From the sequence record DRR723986_6594: a DNA stretch of 63,514 nt. One strand, written 5' to 3'. How positions within the stretch are numbered: position 1 is the stretch's first letter; each line of letters starts with the position of its first letter. Under the pieces are notes generated by a model that made no database searches, had not been told where the DNA came from, and worked only from the letters and a program-made list of their open reading frames with translations. Made by a program: the position numbers and the translations under genes. Shown here one piece after another: positions 49,758 to 57,885 of this stretch.

Positions 49758-49789
49758 AAAACCTCTTAATTATTGATTAAGAGGTTTTT
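49758..49789. terminator. Intrinsic terminator
   Basis: AAAACCTCTTAAT-tattg-ATTAAGAGGTTTT at the junction of two convergent genes. Confidence 0.7.
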
Positions 49790-50324
49790 GTTTTTTATGA
49801 GGTCCATTTACAATAAAGTAATCTGCTATGATTAAGAAATTCAGCATTAGTATGCCTATAACAAATATAAGATCACCATACGGCCAATGTTGAATTTTAA
49901 TAATAATACCCAAGGCTAAAGCTAAAACACACAAAATAGAAAACAAAATGTATAAATACTTAGTAATTCCTTTTACTTTAAACGTTCTGTTTTTGAAAAA
50001 ATCCAATCCATCTGATATAAGCCACCAAAAAAACAAAATTAATATGACTACATCTAAAATATATGGAAGCTTTATCAAGTGAAACGCGTCTACAAAATAT
50101 TTAAAAATCCAAAGTAATATTAGGACTAACTTAACATAGGTTACTGTAGTTTTCTTTTTCTTAAATAAAAAACGAAGGGTGTATAATATAGCAATAGTAA
50201 TACTACTAATCAGCATTAAATCATGAGCATAAGGCCAATGCATAATTTTAAAAAGTGCACCAAAGATCAATACAACTACCGCAAGCCGTATTGGTAAGGT
50301 TAAAATCCTTTTTTCCGTATTCAA
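49770..50324 (-). CDS. Membrane protein with two GldL N-terminal-like motifs
   Basis: GALFKIMHWPYA and GIIIKIQHWPYG repeats; about 6 TMs; TTG start. Confidence 0.65.
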   Translation of the reverse strand: MNTEKRILTLPIRLAVVVLIFGALFKIMHWPYAHDLMLISSITIAILYTLRFLFKKKKTTVTYVKLVLILLWIFKYFVDAFHLIKLPYILDVVILILFFWWLISDGLDFFKNRTFKVKGITKYLYILFSILCVLALALGIIIKIQHWPYGDLIFVIGILMLNFLIIADYFIVNGPHKKQKPLNQ

Positions 50325-50328
50325 GATG

Positions 50329-51012
50329 CTAATTAATTGGATTAACCTTTTCTATTTGCTCTTTGCTTTTTTCATAAAGTTCAGGCAACAAGCCTTGAGT
50401 TAATAACAAAATACCAAATCCTAATATACATAAGGCAACTATCTTTTTTGTTTTAAAAATACGTCTTGGTGTAAGTTTACTTTTAAGTCTTTTAGCTGCC
50501 GCTATTTTGAATAAATCCGCTACAAAGTAGGATATTAACATTGTAGTTATAAATATAACTACACCATTTTCTGACTTAGTTATAGATGTGCCAATTACAA
50601 TAAAACCTAGCCAGCCTAAAAGGACTCCTATATTTATAAAGTTTAATAAAAATCCTTTTATAAATAGTTTTCCGTAATCTTTCTTTGGTAATTCAATTCG
50701 GTGATGTTCTCTTACAATAGACCGGAAAGATTTAGATGTTTTTACAAAACTTATAACACCATAAATGATAAGTAATACTCCACCAAAAACCAGCAAATTT
50801 GGGTCATCTTTTATTTTATCTAAAAGTGTATCTGTACTTTTAAAAATGACGAAAATAAAAACAATGTCTGCGAAAATAACACCTAAATCAAAAATGATTG
50901 CACTAGTAAAGCCTTTGGTAGCGCTAGTTTCTAATAAAACAAAAAAAACAGGCCCAATTGTAAATGCTAGAATAATACCAAACGGAATGGCTGTTAAGAT
51001 GTCATCAAACAT
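50329..51012 (-). CDS. LysE/RhtB-family translocator
   Basis: IGPVFF..LE...KGF..A, KGFLLNFINIG and a 6-TM pattern; TACATTTG promoter at 51032-51039. Confidence 0.85.
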   Translation of the reverse strand: MFDDILTAIPFGIILAFTIGPVFFVLLETSATKGFTSAIIFDLGVIFADIVFIFVIFKSTDTLLDKIKDDPNLLVFGGVLLIIYGVISFVKTSKSFRSIVREHHRIELPKKDYGKLFIKGFLLNFINIGVLLGWLGFIVIGTSITKSENGVVIFITTMLISYFVADLFKIAAAKRLKSKLTPRRIFKTKKIVALCILGFGILLLTQGLLPELYEKSKEQIEKVNPIN

Positions 51013-51056
51013 GTAAATCTTGCGGTTTACACAAATGTAAGAATTCTAATAGAGAA

Positions 51057-51728
51057 TTACATACGTTTTATTCGGCCGCCTAAAACGCGACTTTCGTCCA
51101 CCTGATTCGGTTTTCCGTATATAAAAACATCTCCACCTGCTTTGATTCTTACGTCTACATAGTCTGTAGCATAGATATAAGCTTCGCCACCAGCATTTAT
51201 ACTAACCTCAGTTTGCTTTGTAATAAAATCCTCTCCATTAAATACACCACCAGTATAAATAGAAATATCTTGGTTATCAGAAGATCCTGTTGCATTAATA
51301 ATACCACCAGTTACTGCCCTGATATTTGCGTAAGTAGTTTTAAGATCTGCGGTAATTTCCGCGCCTTCTTGAGTTTTTAAATCAATTTCAAACTGATCTA
51401 TAACTCCCTTTACCTCAACCATAGCACCTTCATTAGCATCAATAACATCCACAGATGTATAATGTAAAACTACTACCGTGTCATTTCCATCATAGCTTTC
51501 TTCAAGCTTCATTCTTATTTTAAGCTTACCATTTTTATTCAGAATTTCAACATCAGCCTCATTTTTACCCGAAATAATCACTTTGTTTTCATCTGATTTT
51601 ATCATTTTTAAGTTGATTAAATCGTAGACTTTAACGGTAGAAAACTCTCCTACTGTTTTTTCTATAGTCTCTTGTGAAAAAACAATAAAACTATTTACTA
51701 CCATTAAAATAAAAATGATGTTTTTCAT
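51057..51728 (-). CDS. DUF2807 (head GIN-like beta-helix) protein
   Basis: Signal peptide, EFSTVKV, repeated GA/GG beta-helix units and GGDVFIYGKP. Confidence 0.8.
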   Translation of the reverse strand: MKNIIFILMVVNSFIVFSQETIEKTVGEFSTVKVYDLINLKMIKSDENKVIISGKNEADVEILNKNGKLKIRMKLEESYDGNDTVVVLHYTSVDVIDANEGAMVEVKGVIDQFEIDLKTQEGAEITADLKTTYANIRAVTGGIINATGSSDNQDISIYTGGVFNGEDFITKQTEVSINAGGEAYIYATDYVDVRIKAGGDVFIYGKPNQVDESRVLGGRIKRM

Positions 51729-51739
51729 GATTGCTTGCT

Positions 51740-51977
51740 TTATTTTATAATGATTACTTTTTTACTAAATATCCATTTAAGCTAAATTTGTTTACCTGAC
51801 TGCGTTTGAATTATTGATTTTCTTAGAGATAATGCTGCAGCTATACCTGCAGAAAAGAAACTAGTTAAAACACCATTTTCTACATTAAAAATGAATATAA
51901 AAATACCTTTTACTAGAAAAAATATAATTATAAAGGATAAAAAAATAAATGAGATTTGCTTTAATATTTGCTTTCAT
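51740..51977 (-). pseudogene. Degraded small membrane protein gene (frameshift plus premature stop)
   Basis: ATG at 51977, 2 nt after the ybjQ stop. The protein-like frame continues after a shift near the T7 tract (51939-51945), meets an in-frame TAG at 51782-51784, then reads LKWIFSKKVIIIK to TAA at 51740. Span is 238 nt (3n+1). Confidence 0.6.
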
Positions 51978-51979
51978 AA

Positions 51980-52279
51980 TTATATAGCCACTTTAACCGC
52001 AGTTCCAGTAATAGAAACCATCGCATAGTTATGTGATGTTAACTCTATCTCTACATTAATACCAACGACTGCATTAGCCTTTAATTGTGATGCATTATTT
52101 CTAAGTTTTTGAAATGCTTCTTCTTTAACAATATCAATGCTTTCACCAACAGCTTTAAAGTACTTAGACATACTAAAACCCATAGCGAGTTTTTTTTCGT
52201 TCATTGCAACGCCTGTTACTATACCTAAGTAATCTATTATTTTGTAGCCTTCAATTGAATTTGTTGTGGTAAGAATCAT
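51980..52279 (-). CDS. YbjQ/UPF0145 family protein (start revised to ATG 52279)
   Basis: MILTTTNSIEGYKIIDYLGIVTG...ANAVVGI...GTAV; the TAAATTTG promoter at 52301-52308 overlaps the longer start. Confidence 0.88.
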   Translation of the reverse strand: MILTTTNSIEGYKIIDYLGIVTGVAMNEKKLAMGFSMSKYFKAVGESIDIVKEEAFQKLRNNASQLKANAVVGINVEIELTSHNYAMVSITGTAVKVAI

Positions 52280-52309
52280 ATTTTTTAAAATTTTGAAACA
52301 CAAATTTAA

Positions 52310-54511
52310 TTAATCTTCTTCTGGTTTACCAACCATATAAAAATCAAGATGTTTCTTAACTAAATCTGTGTTTTTAACTTTTACAATTACTTCATCTCCA
52401 AGTTGATACATAGTTTTAGTATTTCTACCTATCATAGCATAATGATCTTGATCAAATTGATAATGATCGTCTTTCATATCTCTTACACTAACCATACCTT
52501 CACATTTATTAGAAATTATTTCAACATAAATTCCCCAATCAGTAACACCAGAAATAACTCCTAAAAATTCTTCGTCCTGGTGGTCTTGCATAAAACGAAT
52601 CTGCATGTATTTAATAGAATCGCGCTCTGCCTTTGTAGCTAAATATTCCATATTACTACTATGGTTGCATTTTTCTTCATAAACCTCTTCATTTGCCGAT
52701 TTACCACCATCTAAATAGTGTTGTAATAAACGATGCGCCATAACATCTGGATAACGACGTATTGGTGAGGTAAAATGACTGTAGTAATCAAAAGCTAAAC
52801 CATAATGACCAATATTATGAGTTGTATATTCTGCTTTTGACATGGTGCGTATGGTAAGCGTATCTACTAAATTTTGTTCCTTCTTCCCTAATACATCGGT
52901 AAGTAATTTATTTAATGATGATGCTACACTATTACGATCTCTAAAATTAAGTTTATGACCAAAACGACCAACTACTGTTTGTAACTGTGCTAATTTAGCT
53001 TCGTCTGGTTCGTCATGTACACGATACACAAAGGTTTTTTTTGAATTTTGTTTTCCTATAAACTCAGCAACTTTTCTATTTGCTAAAAGCATAAACTCTT
53101 CAATCAGTTTATTAGCATCTTTACTTGTTTTAAAGAATACTCCAACTGGATTTGCTTCTTCGTCTAAATTAAATTTAACTTCAACCTTATCAAAAGAAAT
53201 GGCACCTTCGCGCATACGTTGAGAACGCATTTTCTTAGCAAGTTCATCCATTTTTAAAATAGCATCTGCAATTGCTTGATCTGTTTTATAAGGTTTCCCT
53301 GTTAAAGATACGTCTTGAGGAATACTATTTGTTTTAGATTCAATAATAGCTTGTACTTCTTCATATGCAAAACGCGCATCAGAATATGTAACTGTTCTAC
53401 CAAACCATTTGTCTTTAATTTCACATTTATCATTCATTTTAAACACTGCGGAAAACGTATACTTTTCTTCGTGTGGTCTTAATGAACATGCGCCATTAGA
53501 CAAACGCTCTGGTAACATAGGTACTACTCTATCTACAAGATATATTGATGTTGCACGCTCGTAAGCTTCATCATCTAAAACTGTATTTGGTTGTACATAA
53601 TGCGATACATCTGCAATATGAATTCCTATTTCATATAAACCGTTTTCTAAAACCTTAAAAGATAAAGCATCATCAAAGTCTTTTGCGTCTTTAGGATCAA
53701 TAGTAAAGGTGAGATCTTTACGCATATCTCTACGCTTCTTTATTTCATCTTCAGTTATTGAAACATCGAGATTATTAGCATAGTTTTCAACATCATGAGG
53801 AAACTCAGCTGGTAAACCATATTCAGCTAAAATAGAATGGATTTCGGTACTGTGTTCACCTGGTTTACCTAGTACTTTTAATACCTTTCCGTAAGGTGAA
53901 TCTGCTTTTTCTGGCCAATCCGTAAGTTCAACTAAGACCTTATCTCCATCTTCAGCTTTTCTGGTTTTATTAATTGGTACAAAAATGTCTTTATACATTT
54001 TTACACTATCAGTTACCACAAATGCATAGTTCTTTTTATCCTGAATTTGAATAGTACCAACATATTCGTTTTTAGCTCGCTTTATAATATTGGTTATTTC
54101 ACCTTCTTGTTTACCTCTATGGCGTCTTTTATAAGCATAGAATTCTACTTCGTCTCCATCTAAAGCCTTATTTATGTTATTAGATGCTATAAACACGTCA
54201 TCATCAAAATCATCTGATATGACATATCCATTTCCTTTACTTGATAGGTCTAAAATACCTATGTGATATTCTGTAGTTACGACAGTTTTAAATTTACCAC
54301 GTTCTACTTCTTCAATCTCTTGTTTAGCTTTTAATTGGGCTAATTTTTTAATAATTTGATTGCGACTACTTGCGTCGTTAACACCAAGTTTAGCAGCAAT
54401 TTGTTTGTAATTAAAAGTTTTGTTTCGTTCTTTTTTTAAAATACTTAAGATTGTATGTGTAAGGTTAGAAATCTTGTTATTTCTAGATTTCCTTTTTTTC
54501 TTTCTTGTCAT
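52310..54511 (-). CDS. rnr: Ribonuclease R
   Basis: TIDPKDAKDFDDA, HIADVSHYV, LIEEFMLLAN, HFTSPIRRYPD and a C-terminal S1 domain. Confidence 0.97.
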   Translation of the reverse strand: MTRKKKRKSRNNKISNLTHTILSILKKERNKTFNYKQIAAKLGVNDASSRNQIIKKLAQLKAKQEIEEVERGKFKTVVTTEYHIGILDLSSKGNGYVISDDFDDDVFIASNNINKALDGDEVEFYAYKRRHRGKQEGEITNIIKRAKNEYVGTIQIQDKKNYAFVVTDSVKMYKDIFVPINKTRKAEDGDKVLVELTDWPEKADSPYGKVLKVLGKPGEHSTEIHSILAEYGLPAEFPHDVENYANNLDVSITEDEIKKRRDMRKDLTFTIDPKDAKDFDDALSFKVLENGLYEIGIHIADVSHYVQPNTVLDDEAYERATSIYLVDRVVPMLPERLSNGACSLRPHEEKYTFSAVFKMNDKCEIKDKWFGRTVTYSDARFAYEEVQAIIESKTNSIPQDVSLTGKPYKTDQAIADAILKMDELAKKMRSQRMREGAISFDKVEVKFNLDEEANPVGVFFKTSKDANKLIEEFMLLANRKVAEFIGKQNSKKTFVYRVHDEPDEAKLAQLQTVVGRFGHKLNFRDRNSVASSLNKLLTDVLGKKEQNLVDTLTIRTMSKAEYTTHNIGHYGLAFDYYSHFTSPIRRYPDVMAHRLLQHYLDGGKSANEEVYEEKCNHSSNMEYLATKAERDSIKYMQIRFMQDHQDEEFLGVISGVTDWGIYVEIISNKCEGMVSVRDMKDDHYQFDQDHYAMIGRNTKTMYQLGDEVIVKVKNTDLVKKHLDFYMVGKPEED

Positions 54512-54603
54512 TTAAAATTATAATCATATTCATTTCCTAAAAGTGTTAGGAATTCTTCATTTTTAACTTAATATAGGTGGAAGTGAAGATATTAAGTTTA
54601 CTG

Positions 54604-54611
54604 CAAAGCTA
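54604..54611 (-). promoter_or_regulatory. -7 promoter element (TAGCTTTG) for rnr
   Basis: TAnnTTTG match upstream of rnr. Confidence 0.55.
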
Positions 54612-54659
54612 CACTATTAAAATTTAATAGTGTTTAGTAAAGGTTAAATTAATGTAAAA

Positions 54660-55090
54660 GCACTTATCAACATATATATACATATTATCATTTTTCTTTT
54701 AAAATTTAAAAAATAAAATAATGGTTATTATAGTCTGTTAATAGTGGGTATAACTTTTTAGACTTTTATTTTGAGAAGTGACTTATCTCATTTTCTTCAT
54801 AGGTAATTAACACTAATAAATTATTTAACTTACTAGTTTTAAGACCAATTAATTATTCTATTCACAGTTGTTAATAACCAATGTTAATAGAAATAGATGA
54901 TATATTTTTTGTAAAAATATGTTCATTTCAATAAAGAATCTGTTTATAAAATCACTCCAAAAAAAGCATTAAAAAATTAGGTTATGTAAATGCTATTTTG
55001 GTTTGAAAAATAAATTAGATATTCCTAATTTTTCTTTTTAAGAGTTGTAAACAGTTATTAACAAGTAATGAATACTTCTATTAACCAGGT
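54660..55090. other. Probable chromosomal replication origin (oriC)
   Basis: Very AT-rich spacer between divergent rnr and rpiB with clustered DnaA-box-like 9-mers (TTATCAACA 54664, CTATTCACA 54858, TTATTAACA 54869rc and 55055, others). parS, mnmG and rnpA are nearby. Confidence 0.65.
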
Positions 55091-55101
55091 TTAATTATTT
55101 G

Positions 55102-55109
55102 TAACTTTG
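55102..55109 (+). promoter_or_regulatory. -7 promoter element (TAACTTTG) for the rpiB operon
   Basis: TAnnTTTG match upstream of rpiB. Confidence 0.6.
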
Positions 55110-55134
55110 TAGAGAACTTAATTATTAATAATAA

Positions 55135-55163
55135 GAGATTGCCGCGCATCGCTCGCAATGACA
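55135..55163 (+). repeat. REP/RPE-like palindromic remnant (GAGATTGCCGCGCATCGCTCGCAATGACA)
   Basis: GC-rich island in an AT-rich leader; ATTGC...GCAAT stem ending in TGACA. Confidence 0.5.
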
Positions 55164-55177
55164 ATAATTATAAAACT

Positions 55178-55612
55178 ATGACAATTTCAATAGGTAACGA
55201 TCATGCAGGACCAGACTATAAAACTGCTATAGTAAACCATTTAAAGACTAAAGGATATACTATAAATAATTATGGAACAGATACCTTAGATAGCGTGGAT
55301 TATCCTGATTTTGTGCATCCTGTTGCTAAAGATGTTAATGACGGTAAAGTAGATTGTGGTATTTTAATTTGTGGAAGTGCTAATGGCGTTGCTATGACTG
55401 CAAATAAATATCAAAAAGTTAGAGCAGGAGTGTGTTGGACGAGTGAAATAACAGAATTAACACGTCTACATAACAATGCTAATATTATTTGTATACCAGC
55501 ACGCTTTACATCTATACCGCAAGCTATAAAAATGGTGGATGTATTTTTAAATACTGAGTTTGAAGGTGGTCGTCATCAAAACCGGGTCGATAAAATTCCA
55601 TTATCATGTTAA
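55178..55612 (+). CDS. rpiB: Ribose-5-phosphate isomerase B (start revised to ATG 55178)
   Basis: IGNDHAG, VDYPD, ICGSANG, HNNANI and FEGGRHQNR motifs. Confidence 0.96.
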   Translation: MTISIGNDHAGPDYKTAIVNHLKTKGYTINNYGTDTLDSVDYPDFVHPVAKDVNDGKVDCGILICGSANGVAMTANKYQKVRAGVCWTSEITELTRLHNNANIICIPARFTSIPQAIKMVDVFLNTEFEGGRHQNRVDKIPLSC

Positions 55613-56530
55613 ATGGGTCATTCGCATTCTCATAATCATACACACCATCATCACGATTTAAATAGTCGTAATCTTTTAATATCTATATTTCTAAATATTG
55701 CAATAACTATAGCACAGGTTATTGGTGGTATTCTTTCGGGTAGTTTAGCATTGCTTAGTGATGCCCTTCATAACTTTAGTGATGTTATTTCATTAGTTAT
55801 CAGTTATATCGCTAATAAACTGGTTAAAAAAAGAGCATCTTTAAAACGTACTTTTGGTTATAAACGCGCAGAAATTTTAGCGGCTTTTATAAATGCATCT
55901 ACATTAATTATAGTAGCTATTTTGCTAATTATTGAGGCGATAGAACGATTTCAGAATCCGCAAGAAATAGAGTCTAACTTAGTTATATGGTTATCTGCAA
56001 TTGCAATTTTTGGTAATGGATTTAGTGTGTTATTACTACATAAAAATGCTAAGGATAATATGAATATGAAGAGTGCTTACCTGCATTTATTAACTGATAT
56101 GTTGGCTAGTGTAGCCGTATTAATAGGTGGACTATTAATGAATTTTTATAAGATCTGGTGGATAGATAGTGTATTAACATTATTAATAGCTATTTATCTA
56201 ATTATTATGGGTTGGGATCTATTGAAAAATTCATTTAAAGTATTAATGTTATTTACACCAGAAACTACTTCAGTTAAGGCTATTGTTGAAGATATTCAAA
56301 AAATTGATGTCGTGCAGAATGTGCATCATGTGCATATCTGGCAGCTTAATGAAGATGAAATTCATTTAGAAGCACATATAGATTTTAATAAAAATATTAC
56401 ACTATCTGAGTTCGATATTATATTAAATGAAATTGAAGAATTAGTATTTCATAATTACGATATTAACCATATTAACATTCAACCAGAATTTGGTAAATGT
56501 GATGCTAAAGACGTAATTGTACAAGATTAA
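55613..56530 (+). CDS. Cation diffusion facilitator (CzcD/ZitB-like)
   Basis: His-rich N-terminus, SLALLSDALHNFSD, TFGYKRAEILAA, HLLTD and HHVHIWQL motifs. Confidence 0.92.
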   Translation: MGHSHSHNHTHHHHDLNSRNLLISIFLNIAITIAQVIGGILSGSLALLSDALHNFSDVISLVISYIANKLVKKRASLKRTFGYKRAEILAAFINASTLIIVAILLIIEAIERFQNPQEIESNLVIWLSAIAIFGNGFSVLLLHKNAKDNMNMKSAYLHLLTDMLASVAVLIGGLLMNFYKIWWIDSVLTLLIAIYLIIMGWDLLKNSFKVLMLFTPETTSVKAIVEDIQKIDVVQNVHHVHIWQLNEDEIHLEAHIDFNKNITLSEFDIILNEIEELVFHNYDINHINIQPEFGKCDAKDVIVQD

Positions 56531-56535
56531 AAAAA

Positions 56536-56979
56536 ATGTTAGATATAATAATTAAAACGTTTAATGAGCTTACAACCAAAGAGCTTTATGATTTACTACA
56601 ATTACGCAGTAAAGTGTTTGTTGTAGAACAAGATTGTGTTTATCAGGACATTGACGGAAAAGATCAAAAAGCGTTACATGTATTAGGTTATAAGGATGGT
56701 ACTCTTGTTGCTTATACACGTTCTTTTAAACCAGGTGATTACTTTAAAGAGGCAAGTATAGGTAGAGTAGTGGTTAAGGATACTGAACGCACTCATAAAT
56801 ATGGTTATGATATAATGAATGCATCTATTAAAGCAATTAGAGAGCATTACAGTGAAAGCCTAATTAAAATTTCAGCTCAAACGTATTTAAAACGATTTTA
56901 TAATAATCTAGAATTTTTTGAAGTAGGAGAGGAGTACCTTGAAGATGGAATACCTCATATTGCTATGATACGCTCTTAG
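56536..56979 (+). CDS. ElaA-like GNAT acetyltransferase
   Basis: LRSKVFVVEQDCVYQDIDG, IGRVVV, SAQTYL and YLEDGIPHI motifs. Confidence 0.9.
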   Translation: MLDIIIKTFNELTTKELYDLLQLRSKVFVVEQDCVYQDIDGKDQKALHVLGYKDGTLVAYTRSFKPGDYFKEASIGRVVVKDTERTHKYGYDIMNASIKAIREHYSESLIKISAQTYLKRFYNNLEFFEVGEEYLEDGIPHIAMIRS

Positions 56980-57821
56980 TTAGTAGTCTTTGGTTTTATA
57001 ACGCGTGTAACTAAAATTTCAACTCGCCTATCTAGTTCGGGCTGGCCACCTAATGGGAATTTTCGTTTATGTCCCACAAATTTCATTCGATATTTTTTCA
57101 CTCCTTTAGCAGCTAGATAGTCATATACTGTTTTTGCTCTAGCGAGAGATAAATTTCGTTTTTTAGTTTTACGATCGATAGCATCTCTAGTACCATGTGT
57201 ACAGCACACATGACCTTCAATTGTAAAATATATATCTGTACGCTCTACTAATATTTTAGCTATATCATCTAGTTGATTTTTAGATTCCTTAGTTAAATAG
57301 CTATAACCCGTCCTGAATAATATATTTTCTAGTTGAATTTTATCACCTTCTTTAAGATCACCTTTTAGAAGATCTTCAGTACTTTTTTTTTCAGGTTCTT
57401 CAACTTTTACTCGTGGAGGATCGTATGGTTTTACAATGATTTCAACTTTACGGTTTAATCCTCTTATTTTATATAAATCTATATCATCTATTACGTTAAG
57501 TAGAATTTCACCCTTTCCGTCTACGTTCGTAATTACAGATTCGTCAAACTCATTATTAGAGAAGATAGTTTTTATAGCATCAGCGCGCTGTTGGGAAAGA
57601 ACTAAATTATAAGAATCACTTCCTCTATCATCACAAAAACCATAGATTGAAATCTTCTCAATATCCATATTTTCTATTTCGGATAAAAATAGAAGTAGTC
57701 TACTTTCTTCAGTTTCAGGAACCTCGTATTGATCGGTTAAAAAATATACCTGATGTTTTATTTCTTTCTGAGCGAAAGTAAGTTGTAAACCAAGGGTTAA
57801 TATAATGAGTAGTGACTTCAT
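56976..57821 (-). CDS. Tandem OmpA_C-like domain protein
   Basis: Signal peptide; GFCDDRG..YNLVLSQQRA..NRKVEI and GHVCC..NLSLARA..DRRVEI domains. Confidence 0.85.
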   Translation of the reverse strand: MKSLLIILTLGLQLTFAQKEIKHQVYFLTDQYEVPETEESRLLLFLSEIENMDIEKISIYGFCDDRGSDSYNLVLSQQRADAIKTIFSNNEFDESVITNVDGKGEILLNVIDDIDLYKIRGLNRKVEIIVKPYDPPRVKVEEPEKKSTEDLLKGDLKEGDKIQLENILFRTGYSYLTKESKNQLDDIAKILVERTDIYFTIEGHVCCTHGTRDAIDRKTKKRNLSLARAKTVYDYLAAKGVKKYRMKFVGHKRKFPLGGQPELDRRVEILVTRVIKPKTTN

Positions 57822-57885
57822 TTTATTCTAAATTTTTGGTATTACCCAAATATCTGTAATGTTAAATATAATTAATTTTTAGTTT

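Noticed and set aside
49059-50324. Possible integrative element at tRNA-Cys
   Set aside because: No integrase and no duplicated tRNA 3' end seen; the terminator follows the tRNA directly.
49770-50324. Calling this gene gldL
   Set aside because: It lacks the cytoplasmic coiled-coil domain and the gldKLMN context.
54660-55090. Repeated TGTTAATA motifs as a CRISPR array or iterons
   Set aside because: The repeats are 9 bp, degenerate, on both strands and irregularly spaced, with no cas or rep gene; DnaA boxes explain them better.
55139-55177. N-terminal extension of RpiB from the TTG at 55139
   Set aside because: It arises from the palindromic remnant; the ATG at 55178 matches the family start (MTISIGNDHAG).
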